Assembly: GCA_015064745.1 (NCBI GenBank)
Contig: SVRR01000002.1
Coordinates: 74,454-138,453 of the forward strand
DNA: 64,000 nucleotides
From: Oscillospiraceae bacterium
GTDB lineage: Bacteria; Bacillota; Clostridia; Oscillospirales; CAG-272
Direction: 5' to 3'
Each line of letters starts with the position of its first letter. Position 1 is the stretch's first letter. The notes under the pieces were generated by a model. That model was not told the origin of the DNA. It saw only the letters and a program-made list of their open reading frames with translations, and searched no databases. Both the position numbers and the translations under genes were made by a program. This document shows, piece by piece, positions 8,598-17,106 of the stretch.

Positions 8598-9118
8598 GCG
8601 TCCTCGTCCTCCTCGAAAAAGCCGGGAATGGGACGGATATAAACGCCCGCATCCACGTCCACCTTTACGACGAATTCGGCAATGGCGGGGAAAAGGAGCT
8701 CTTTTCCGTCGGGAGTCCTTACGGTATACATCTCGGAGGAGGGCATATCGTCGACGGAGATGATTTTACCGTATTCTCGCCCCGTGTCGGCGTCAAGTAA
8801 GGGGAGCCCAATGAGGTCGGCAATGAAATGAGCGCCCTCCTCTAAGGGAAGGTCCTCTCGCTTGGCGTAAAGCACTTTCCCTTTTAAGAGTATTGCCGCA
8901 TCCAAGGTGTCGATCCCCGCAAGGTACAAAAGCACGCGCCCGTTTCCCACCGAAGCCTTTACGACCTTGTGTGCTTCGTAAATTCCGCTTTTTTTCAAAA
9001 ACAGTTGTGGGAGAGAGGCAAGCACGTGGGGGGTATCACAGTAGGATTCTACCTTGATGCCACCGCGTACGCCGTGGGTGTTGATAATTTTTCCGCATTC
9101 AAGATAAGGTTGTTTCAT
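8594..9118 (-). CDS. rimM: ribosome maturation factor RimM
   Basis: GKIINTHGVRGGIKV (RimM N-terminal barrel) plus a PRC-barrel C-terminus. 4-nt overlap with trmD. Confidence 0.93.
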   Translation of the reverse strand: MKQPYLECGKIINTHGVRGGIKVESYCDTPHVLASLPQLFLKKSGIYEAHKVVKASVGNGRVLLYLAGIDTLDAAILLKGKVLYAKREDLPLEEGAHFIADLIGLPLLDADTGREYGKIISVDDMPSSEMYTVRTPDGKELLFPAIAEFVVKVDVDAGVYIRPIPGFFEEDEDA

Positions 9119-9122
9119 GCCT

Positions 9123-10232
9123 TCATTGTAGCATATCTTTTCCTAAAAAGCAACCGTTTGAGATAAGTTTGTCCCGAAAAGCGCCGAGAAATGCGTGATA
9201 TCTTGCGCGCATGATCTCCCATGTGGGAAGAGAACGCGCGCGTCTCAGGGCAAGCCGCGTGAGCCGTTCTCTCTCTTTGCCGTCAAGAAGGGAAGAAAAG
9301 AGTACGGCAAGCGCTTCCGCGTTGCCCATGGGAAAAAAGCATCCGCCGTTTCCTACACGGGCGAGGTTACCGGGGGTGTCGCTCGCGAGGGTGGGGCAGC
9401 CTGCCGAAAGCCCCTCCGCCAGAGAAAGAGAGGAGGTCTCGCTCCCAAGGGAACAGGAGACATGTGCGTCTATCGCGTGATAAAAGGAGCGTGTGTCGCG
9501 CGTAAAGCCCAAAAAACGCGTTTGCTCTTCCACGCCCAAGACGCGCGAAAGCGTGCGCAGTTTCTTTTCTTCCTCTCCCGTGCCCAAAAAACAAAGCGTA
9601 AAGCGATGCTTTTCTTCGCCAAGCAAGGAAAGCGCGCGCAGAGCAGTTTCGTGCCCCTTGATGGGAGAAAGTCGCCCCGAGAGTCCGATAACGACGCTTT
9701 CGTTCCGTAATCCGAAGCGCTCTCTCGCGTGGGTGCGCTCCGTCTTATCGGGAACGCCCATGTCGGTGTAGCCGTTTTCGACGGTCAAAACGTTTTTGAT
9801 GCCCGCACGTTGAAGACGCTCTCCCAAAGGGTGGGATGTGGCAACGGTCGCGTCGGTCACGGCATTGTAAAGCGGCACGGAAAAATGGCGTATGGGCGTG
9901 TCGCAATGCCGTATGGCAACGGTGGGAATATACAGTCTTTTTGCCGCGAAACGCGCGGAAAGAGAGGCGTGCGAGACGACGAGGGCAGGTCGTCTTTCCT
10001 TTAAAATGCGTCCGACGGCGTACACGTCGGCGGGAGAAAAGCTTCGCTCACTTTCGGTGTGATAGGTTAAGCATGGAATGCCTTTTTCGCGAAAGAGCGA
10101 AACAAGAAGGCTCCCACGCGGCAGAACCACGAGAGAGCCCGTTCTCTTTTGAGCACCGTCAAAGAGGTGGGAGAGAAGGATCCCCGCACCGCCGATGCCC
10201 ATATCGGTAATCACATGGAATATATCAGCCAT
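9123..10232 (-). CDS. glycosyltransferase family 4 (GT-B fold)
   Basis: Start at MADIFHVITDMGIGGAG (ATG 10232). The C-terminal half has the GT4 E-x7-E region (SLGSETSSLSLAEGLSAGCPTLASD). The longer tracked ORF overlaps tadA. Confidence 0.85.
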   Translation of the reverse strand: MADIFHVITDMGIGGAGILLSHLFDGAQKRTGSLVVLPRGSLLVSLFREKGIPCLTYHTESERSFSPADVYAVGRILKERRPALVVSHASLSARFAAKRLYIPTVAIRHCDTPIRHFSVPLYNAVTDATVATSHPLGERLQRAGIKNVLTVENGYTDMGVPDKTERTHARERFGLRNESVVIGLSGRLSPIKGHETALRALSLLGEEKHRFTLCFLGTGEEEKKLRTLSRVLGVEEQTRFLGFTRDTRSFYHAIDAHVSCSLGSETSSLSLAEGLSAGCPTLASDTPGNLARVGNGGCFFPMGNAEALAVLFSSLLDGKERERLTRLALRRARSLPTWEIMRARYHAFLGAFRDKLISNGCFLGKDMLQ

Positions 10233-10236
10233 GTGA

Positions 10237-10698
10237 TTATTTTTCCCGTTTGTTTTTGAAATACGCTGACAAAATTTGTCTGCATTCCTCTTGAAGCACA
10301 CCTTTTGTGACGCAAGGATGGTGATTGAAGGGATAAGAGCAAAGGTCAAGAACGCTGCCCATCGCGCCGCCCTTGGGGTCGGACGCGCCGAATACCACGC
10401 GCGGAATGCGTGCGTTGATGATCGCGCCTGCGCACATAGGGCAGGGTTCAAGCGTTACGTAAAGAGTGGTATCGGGAAGACGCCAGCCGTGACGGTATCG
10501 GCAAGCTTCCTCAATCACGGAAAGCTCGGCATGACAGGTCGCGCATTTGCGGCTTTCCCGACGGTTGCCCGCGCGGGCAATGACCGTGTCCTCAAAGACG
10601 GCGACAGCCCCCACGGGAACCTCGTCAAGCTCTGCGGCGGCGTAAGCCTCCGCAAGTGCCTCTTGCATAAAAAATATATCCTTTTCTTCCTGTGTCAT
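10237..10698 (-). CDS. tadA: tRNA adenosine(34) deaminase
   Basis: CDA-fold zinc motifs HAELSVIEEA and TLEPCPMCAGA. 153 aa. AAGGAG RBS. Confidence 0.93.
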   Translation of the reverse strand: MTQEEKDIFFMQEALAEAYAAAELDEVPVGAVAVFEDTVIARAGNRRESRKCATCHAELSVIEEACRYRHGWRLPDTTLYVTLEPCPMCAGAIINARIPRVVFGASDPKGGAMGSVLDLCSYPFNHHPCVTKGVLQEECRQILSAYFKNKREK

Positions 10699-10710
10699 AA
10701 AAGCTCCTTG

Positions 10711-11478
10711 TCAAAAATTAAAAACGGCGAAGACGATCATAAGGGTGGCGTAGAGCAAAAGGGGGAGCATTTCACGCGCGGTGGGGCGCTTTCCCCGCGT
10801 AAGGCGCGAGGGATGCTTTCCAAGCACAAAAAGGAGAAGCGAGAATATCGCCAGCCCAAGGAGTGAAAGAAGCAGAGGGCGCGTGGGGATAGCGTTCCCG
10901 AAAAAAGCAAACAGATTGTAAAGGAGATGAAATACGAGCGGATAAAAAAGCCCCTTGCTACATACTGCCGTATAGCCGAGGAAAAGACCTGCCACAAGGG
11001 CATAGGGGATTTGGAAAATGCTTCCGTGCGCCAAGGCAAACAGAACGGCGGAAAGGAGAACGGCACCCCTTTCGCCGTAAGGGATAAAAAGGCGTAAGAG
11101 CAGTCCGCGGAACAAAAGCTCCTCTGCAATCGGCGCAAGAAGCACGGCGCCGAAAAAGAGGGGAAGCGAGGGTGTGACGCCGGGAAGCGTGCCGCCAAGT
11201 GCCGCCGTTATGCGCGCCGACAGGAGATTTGCTCCCATGGTGCAAAAGGCGAAGGCAGGGAAAAGGAGCCAAAGGCGCGGCAAAGCAAGGACAGAGCGCA
11301 GATAAAGACGGGGAGATGCTTCTGCCTCAAAGCATCGCTTTTCAAGAAACAGCGCGAGCAAAACAAACAAAAGATGGCATGCCGTGGAAAGGGGCTGCGG
11401 GAGAAGACTGCCGAGAAGCATGCCGAAAAGTGAGAGCAGGAGGTAAAAAACGGCGCGAAGGGTCTGGCTGCTTTTCAT
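10711..11478 (-). CDS. CPBP family intramembrane glutamic endopeptidase (CAAX protease-like)
   Basis: Motifs APIAEELLFRG and FALAHG in a polytopic protein. Start at MKSSQTL (ATG 11478), overlapping the upstream stop by 4 nt. Confidence 0.85.
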   Translation of the reverse strand: MKSSQTLRAVFYLLLSLFGMLLGSLLPQPLSTACHLLFVLLALFLEKRCFEAEASPRLYLRSVLALPRLWLLFPAFAFCTMGANLLSARITAALGGTLPGVTPSLPLFFGAVLLAPIAEELLFRGLLLRLFIPYGERGAVLLSAVLFALAHGSIFQIPYALVAGLFLGYTAVCSKGLFYPLVFHLLYNLFAFFGNAIPTRPLLLSLLGLAIFSLLLFVLGKHPSRLTRGKRPTAREMLPLLLYATLMIVFAVFNF

Positions 11479-12464
11479 GCTTCGGCATCCTCCCCGTCGG
11501 AGGAAAATCGCACTCCTGCCGCTTGCCTTAAAGCGTCGCATACGGCGAGGGCATCCTTTGTCGTTTCATAGGTGGGCAAAAGCTCACCCCGATCGACAGC
11601 GCGGATAAAATCCAAGACCTCCTCGTGCATATTGTTTGGCGCAAGGGATGGCTCTCTTTCAAATACAAATTCTTCGCCCGTGCGCAGACAAAGACGCGCC
11701 ACCGTAGGCATCACGACCTTATCTACCGTAATTCCTCCGTCCTCGCCGAGTATGACCGAGGGGGAAAGCGCGTTTGTGACCTTGGAATAGGAGATCGAAG
11801 CGTTGTACTCACCGTAAGAAAGCACGGCTTCTCCACCGCCTTCAAAGCCGTTTTCAAGGAAAAGACTGCTGCCGCATACCTTTTTCGGTGTGCCGAACAG
11901 CCATACCGCCGCTTCGATGGGATAAATACCGACATCAAGCATGGCGGCATTGGATAACGAGGGATCAAAGGTGTTGGTATATTCGCCCGCCCTGTGCTTA
12001 TCATAGCGGGAGGAATATTGGCAAAACGAAAGGTGCGCCGAGCGCACGCGCCCGATGCGCGGAAGCGACTCCTTTACCCTTGCCCAAAGACTGTCGTGCA
12101 CGGTGCGCATGGCTTCCATATAGACGCGCTTTTGCGCTTTCGCCACCGCACACACGCGCAAATATCCCGCAAGGGAGGGCGTGGCGGGCTTCTCACACAG
12201 CACGTGCTTTCCCGCCTCTAATGCGCGAACGGATTGGCTTTCGTGCAGAAAATTCGGAGAAGCGACATACACCGCGTCGAAGGCATTTGAGCAAAGAAAG
12301 GCATCGAAGTCGTCAAAAACGAGGGGAATGCCGTGCTTTTTTGCAAACGCATTTCCCGTTTCGATTTTACGGGAATAGACGGCGACAGCCTCCGCGTTCG
12401 CAAAGGGAAGCGATGAAATAAACCGGTCGCTGATAAAATTCGTGCCCACGATTCCGAAGGTCAT
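11475..12464 (-). CDS. Gfo/Idh/MocA family oxidoreductase
   Basis: N-terminal Rossmann fold (FGIVGTNFISDRF), an EKP motif (HVLCEKP), and the C-terminal alpha/beta domain typical of the family. Confidence 0.85.
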   Translation of the reverse strand: MTFGIVGTNFISDRFISSLPFANAEAVAVYSRKIETGNAFAKKHGIPLVFDDFDAFLCSNAFDAVYVASPNFLHESQSVRALEAGKHVLCEKPATPSLAGYLRVCAVAKAQKRVYMEAMRTVHDSLWARVKESLPRIGRVRSAHLSFCQYSSRYDKHRAGEYTNTFDPSLSNAAMLDVGIYPIEAAVWLFGTPKKVCGSSLFLENGFEGGGEAVLSYGEYNASISYSKVTNALSPSVILGEDGGITVDKVVMPTVARLCLRTGEEFVFEREPSLAPNNMHEEVLDFIRAVDRGELLPTYETTKDALAVCDALRQAAGVRFSSDGEDAEA

Positions 12465-12539
12465 AGGATGCGCCTCTTTTCACTTTGATGGATTTAGTAT
12501 AGCATTTTACGAAAAAAAGGTCAAGTGCTTTTTAAAAAC

Positions 12540-12568
12540 TTGACTTTCGTTTTAGTTCGTGCTATAAT
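12540..12568 (+). promoter_or_regulatory. sigma-A type promoter for the miaB-mutSL block (TTGACT-17-TATAAT)
   Basis: TTGACT at 12540-12545, 17-nt spacer, TATAAT at 12563-12568, upstream of miaB. Confidence 0.55.
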
Positions 12569-12613
12569 AAGATGTTATTATATACTTAAATGCTGGTGGA
12601 AGGAGACGTAACC

Positions 12614-13999
12614 GTGGAAAAGAGGGAAAAGGGCGCAATCGTTCGTGCCGTAAAAGAAAAAAACGAGGCGTTGGCGTCTTCCTTGGGAAAGCCACTCGGT
12701 GTCTATATCGTCACCTTCGGTTGTCAGCAAAACGAGGCGGACAGTGAACGCTTGCGCGGAATGGCACACGAAATGGGTTACGTCGACGCAGATACACCCG
12801 ATGAAGCGTCGCTCATTCTCTTGAACACCTGCGCCATACGTGAGCACGCCGAGCTTAAGACGCTTTCGGTCATCGGCAGCTTCAAAAAATGCAAAGAAAA
12901 AAATCCGTCGCTTCTTATCGGTGTTTGCGGCTGTATGGCGGCAGAGAGCCACCGTGTGGAGGAGCTTCGCCACCGCTATCCGTACGTCGACTTCACGCTC
13001 ACGCCCGCGGGAATCGGAAATCTTCCTTCGGCGATCCTTGACCGCATTTCGGGCGGTCGCCGTTGCTTCTATTTGGACACGCCCGACACCGTGTTGGATG
13101 AGACCCCGATCGCGCGCACGGGCGGTCATCGCGCCTACGTGAGTATTATGTACGGATGCAACAACTTCTGCTCCTATTGCATTGTCCCCTATGTGCGGGA
13201 CAGAGAACGCTCGCGCCCCTCGTGTGAGGTCGTTGCGGAGGTCTTGTCGCTTGTTCGCTCGGGTGTGAAGGATATCACCCTGCTGGGGCAAAACGTCAAC
13301 TCCTATCGCTCGGACGTGGATTTTCCCGCTCTGCTTTCCATGCTTGACGAAATTCCGGGCGAGTATATCCTTCGTTTTATGACCAGCCACCCCAAGGACG
13401 CGTCGGACGCGCTTGTCGACGTTATTGCACATGCCAAGCACGTAGAACCGCACTTCCACCTGCCGCTCCAATCGGGCTCGGATAGCGTGCTTCACCGTAT
13501 GAATCGCCGCTATACGCTGGAAAAATATATGGGCGTTGTGAAAAAGCTGCGTGCCGTCCTTCCCGATATCGCCCTTTCAAGCGACATTATCGTCGGCTTT
13601 CCGGGTGAGACTGACGAGGATTTTGAAGACACGATGCGCGCGCTTGAAGAGATTCGCTTCGACAGCGTATACTCCTTCATCTATTCGCCGAGGCGCGGTA
13701 CACCCGCCGCCGAAATGGAGGGACAGGTTCCGTCCGACGTCGCGGGGGCGCGTTTCACCCGTCTTCTTGAAAGACAGGCGGATATTAGCCGCGAAAAAAA
13801 TCTTCCCCTTGTAGGGAAGGAAGTCCGCGTCTTGGCGGACGGTCCGTCAAAGACCGACTCCTCGGTTTTCAGCGGAAGAACGGATGCGGGCAAGCTCGTC
13901 CACTTTAAAGCGGATGCGGAGGCTGTCGGTAAATTTATCACCGTGCATATCGATAGGGCAGAGAGCTTTGCGCTCTACGGCACTGTCACTTCGAAATAA
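12614..13999 (+). CDS. miaB: tRNA-i6A37 methylthiotransferase MiaB
   Basis: UPF0004 domain (VYIVTFGCQQNEADSE), radical-SAM CxxxCxxC (CNNFCSYCIVP) and a TRAM C-terminus. GTG 12614 is preferred (GGAAGGAGA RBS 7 nt upstream); ATG 12590 of the tracked ORF is an alternative. Confidence 0.92.
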   Translation: MEKREKGAIVRAVKEKNEALASSLGKPLGVYIVTFGCQQNEADSERLRGMAHEMGYVDADTPDEASLILLNTCAIREHAELKTLSVIGSFKKCKEKNPSLLIGVCGCMAAESHRVEELRHRYPYVDFTLTPAGIGNLPSAILDRISGGRRCFYLDTPDTVLDETPIARTGGHRAYVSIMYGCNNFCSYCIVPYVRDRERSRPSCEVVAEVLSLVRSGVKDITLLGQNVNSYRSDVDFPALLSMLDEIPGEYILRFMTSHPKDASDALVDVIAHAKHVEPHFHLPLQSGSDSVLHRMNRRYTLEKYMGVVKKLRAVLPDIALSSDIIVGFPGETDEDFEDTMRALEEIRFDSVYSFIYSPRRGTPAAEMEGQVPSDVAGARFTRLLERQADISREKNLPLVGKEVRVLADGPSKTDSSVFSGRTDAGKLVHFKADAEAVGKFITVHIDRAESFALYGTVTSK

Positions 14000-14020
14000 C
14001 TTGTGAAAGGAATATTGAAA

Positions 14021-14419
14021 ATGACTGTAAAGGAATGTACAAAGCTTCTCGGTGAGGCGATCGCCGCGTCGGAAGAGGTCAAAGGATATCTTGCCGCCAA
14101 GGAGGCGTACGATACGTCGCGTGAGCTGCAAGCGAAGCTTGGCGAATACAGCGCCCAAAGAATGCTTCTCGGAGAAGAGCGCATGAAGTCTCCCGACGCG
14201 CAGGACGACACGCTGATAGCAAAGCTGGAAGCGCGCATTGAAACGCTTTACGAGGAGATCACTCACGCCGAGGTCTACCTCGCTCTTACCGCGGCACAGA
14301 ACGCTGTCAACCTTCTTATGCAGGAGGTCAACGGCGACATTAACTTTTATGCCTTCGGCGAGCGCCCCTGCACCCACGATTGCTCGACCTGCCACGCCGA
14401 CTGCGCTTCGCGCGGATGA
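14021..14419 (+). CDS. YlbF/YmcA-like regulatory protein with C-terminal Cys cluster
   Basis: Helical protein (AASEEVKGYLAAKEAYDTSRELQAKLGEY...) in the usual miaB-mutS position. ATG 14021 has an AAAGGAA RBS. Ends with CTHDCSTCHADC. Confidence 0.7.
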   Translation: MTVKECTKLLGEAIAASEEVKGYLAAKEAYDTSRELQAKLGEYSAQRMLLGEERMKSPDAQDDTLIAKLEARIETLYEEITHAEVYLALTAAQNAVNLLMQEVNGDINFYAFGERPCTHDCSTCHADCASRG

Positions 14420-14464
14420 TTTTACACGTTTGATTTTGACGCGAAAAGAAAGGACACTTTCACG

Positions 14465-17095
14465 ATGGGTGAAATTCTATCCTCCCGTGGGGAATTGACC
14501 GTCGTCACCCCCATGATGCAACAGTATCTTGATGTAAAATCGGGATACAACGACTACGTGCTTATGTATCGCCTCGGAGACTTCTTCGAGTGCTTTTTCG
14601 AGGATGCTGTTACCGTCTCGCGTGAGCTTGAGCTCACCCTGACCTCTCGCGATTGCGGTGGAGGAAAACGGGCGGCTATGTGCGGCGTCCCCTTCCACAA
14701 GGCGGACGTTTATATCGGTAAGCTGGTGGAGCGCGGGTATAAGGTCGCCGTTTGCGAGCAGATGGAAAACCCTGCTGAGGCAGACGGTATCGTGCGCCGT
14801 GAGGTGGTGCGCGTCGTCACCCCGGGTACGGTGACGGATAACGCTTGTCTTGCAGACCGTAACCACAATTATCTTGCCGCTGTTTTCTTTGGCGGTGAGG
14901 GTATGGGACTTGCCTTTGCCGATATTTCCACGGGTGAAGTTGCCGTGACCTGTTTTCCCTCCGAGACCGGCACGGATAAGCTGGTGGCAGAGCTTGGCGC
15001 GTATATGCCGAGCGAGGTGCTCATGAACGTTTCATGCCGTTCGGTGGACACGCTTGCGGGCTTTCTCACGGACACCTTAAACGCGACCGTCAGCGACGAG
15101 AGGGCAGACCTCTTTGACGAAAGGGAGGCGCTTATCGACGCTAAGGCTTGCTTTGGCGAACGGTCGGATCTGTTGACGGAAAAGAGCGCCCTCCTCGCCG
15201 TCGGTGCTCTTCTTGCCTATATCAAGGAGACCCAGATGTGTGCCCCCACCTTCGTTAGGGACTTGAAGGTGTATAGCGAAGGGCAATACATGGAGATGGA
15301 TCTTAACACTCGCCGCAACCTTGAATTGCTGCAATCCATGCGCACCAAGGAAAAGCGCGGCACCTTGCTTTGGGTTCTTGATAAGACTGAAACCGCCATG
15401 GGCGGACGGCTTTTGCGCTCCTTTATCATGAAGCCCCTGCTCTCCGCCGCCCACATTTCCCACAGACAAGCGGCAGTGACCGACTTTTTCCAAGACTATG
15501 CCTTGCGTGAAGAGATGCGTGAGGTGCTCTCTTACGTCGTTGACCTTGAAAGACTTACGGCTAAGGCGGTCTATGGCTCGGTAAACGCCAAGGAGCTGCG
15601 CGCCATTTGCGACAGCCTTGTGCATCTTCCGCGCATCAAGGAGCTTCTTCACTCCGTAAAAAGTCCCCGAATGACGGAAATCGCGCAAAAGCTCGATACG
15701 TTAGAGGATCTTTACACCCTTCTTAATTCCGCACTTGTCGATGCTCCGCCGCTTACCGTGCGTGAGGGCGGTATGATCCGAGAGGGATATAGCACCGATG
15801 TGGACTATTTGAGAAGCATCCGCGCAGGCGGTGAGGGCTGGATGAAGGACATTGAGGAGCGCGAACGTGAGGAAAGCGGTATCAAAACCCTGCGCGTCGG
15901 CTACAACCGCGTGTTCGGCTATTACATTGAGGTCACCAAATCCCTTGTTTCCCAAGTGCCTCCCCGTTACATCCGCAAGCAGACCTTAACAGGCTGTGAG
16001 CGATATATCACGGAAGAGCTGAAAGATATGGAGGCGACGGTGCTCGGCGCGCAGGATAAGCTTTGTGCCTTGGAATATTCGCTCTTTTCCGAGCTTCGTG
16101 AAAAGGTCGCGGCGGAATCTCGTCGCATTCAGGAAACTGCCGCCTATATTGCCGAAACGGACGTCTACGCTTCCTTTGCCGCCGTTGCCGCGGAAAACCG
16201 TTACGTTTGTCCCGAGCTTGATCTTTCGGGCGATCTTTATATCAAGGACGGAAGACACCCTGTGGTAGAGCATTTCGTTAAGGATTCGCTCTTTGTGCCT
16301 AACGATACCGATTTGAATCTCACCGATCGCCGCCTGATGCTTATCACAGGTCCCAATATGGCGGGTAAATCCACCTATATGCGTCAGGTTGCGCTCATTA
16401 CCGTGATGGCGCAGATCGGCTCGTACGTGCCTGCTTCGGCGGCGCGCCTCGGTGTTGTCGACAAGGTGTTTACCCGTGTCGGCGCTTCGGACGACCTCGC
16501 CTCGGGTCAATCGACCTTTATGCTTGAAATGACCGAGGTAGCACATATCTTAAAGAGCGCGACCTCTCGCTCTCTCATTATTTACGACGAGGTCGGCAGA
16601 GGCACGTCGACCTACGACGGCATGTCCATCGCGCGTGCCGTTGCCGAATACACGTTAAGCAAGAAAATCGGCGCGAAGACTCTTTTTGCTACCCATTACC
16701 ACGAGCTTACCTCTATGGAGGATGAGTTTGAGGGGGTCAAAAACTATAACGTCGCCGCCAAAAAGAAGGGGGACGGTATCGTCTTTCTGCGCCGCATCGT
16801 GCGCGGTGCTACCGACGACAGCTACGGCATTGACGTCGCGAAGCTGGCAGGTGTGCCGAGGGAGGTCATCCGCCGCGCCAACGAGATCCTCACCGCTATT
16901 GAGGCGAACGAGTCTCTTCCGCGGGCAAAGGGGGAGCGTGTCGGCGCCCCTCAAAGGGAAGCCGATCTTTTCTCGGTCGCTGAATCCTCGGCAAGCGAAG
17001 AGGTTGCCGAAAAGCTTCGCGCGCTTGACCCCGGCACCATCACCCCCATTGAAGCATTAAATCTTATTTATGAGTACAAGAAAATTCTCGGTTAA
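14465..17095 (+). CDS. mutS: DNA mismatch repair protein MutS
   Basis: 876 aa with TPMMQQYLDVK, Walker A GPNMAGKST, STFMLEMTE and DEVGRGTSTYDG. Confidence 0.97.
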   Translation: MGEILSSRGELTVVTPMMQQYLDVKSGYNDYVLMYRLGDFFECFFEDAVTVSRELELTLTSRDCGGGKRAAMCGVPFHKADVYIGKLVERGYKVAVCEQMENPAEADGIVRREVVRVVTPGTVTDNACLADRNHNYLAAVFFGGEGMGLAFADISTGEVAVTCFPSETGTDKLVAELGAYMPSEVLMNVSCRSVDTLAGFLTDTLNATVSDERADLFDEREALIDAKACFGERSDLLTEKSALLAVGALLAYIKETQMCAPTFVRDLKVYSEGQYMEMDLNTRRNLELLQSMRTKEKRGTLLWVLDKTETAMGGRLLRSFIMKPLLSAAHISHRQAAVTDFFQDYALREEMREVLSYVVDLERLTAKAVYGSVNAKELRAICDSLVHLPRIKELLHSVKSPRMTEIAQKLDTLEDLYTLLNSALVDAPPLTVREGGMIREGYSTDVDYLRSIRAGGEGWMKDIEEREREESGIKTLRVGYNRVFGYYIEVTKSLVSQVPPRYIRKQTLTGCERYITEELKDMEATVLGAQDKLCALEYSLFSELREKVAAESRRIQETAAYIAETDVYASFAAVAAENRYVCPELDLSGDLYIKDGRHPVVEHFVKDSLFVPNDTDLNLTDRRLMLITGPNMAGKSTYMRQVALITVMAQIGSYVPASAARLGVVDKVFTRVGASDDLASGQSTFMLEMTEVAHILKSATSRSLIIYDEVGRGTSTYDGMSIARAVAEYTLSKKIGAKTLFATHYHELTSMEDEFEGVKNYNVAAKKKGDGIVFLRRIVRGATDDSYGIDVAKLAGVPREVIRRANEILTAIEANESLPRAKGERVGAPQREADLFSVAESSASEEVAEKLRALDPGTITPIEALNLIYEYKKILG

Positions 17096-17106
17096 GGAGT
17101 GGCTTT

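Noticed and set aside
12578-13495. Long antisense ORFs opposite well-supported genes. Examples: 12578-13495 (305 aa, opposite miaB), 17092-18159 (355 aa, opposite mutL), 44454-45494 (346 aa, opposite pflB), 58154-59689 (two ORFs opposite GH2) and 60226-61584 (452 aa, opposite the GPH symporter).
   Set aside because: Their translations are low-complexity and rich in Arg, Gly, His and Val, with no recognisable motifs. Each fully overlaps a gene whose product has unambiguous family signatures. They are shadow ORFs, as expected from codon bias in GC-rich coding DNA.
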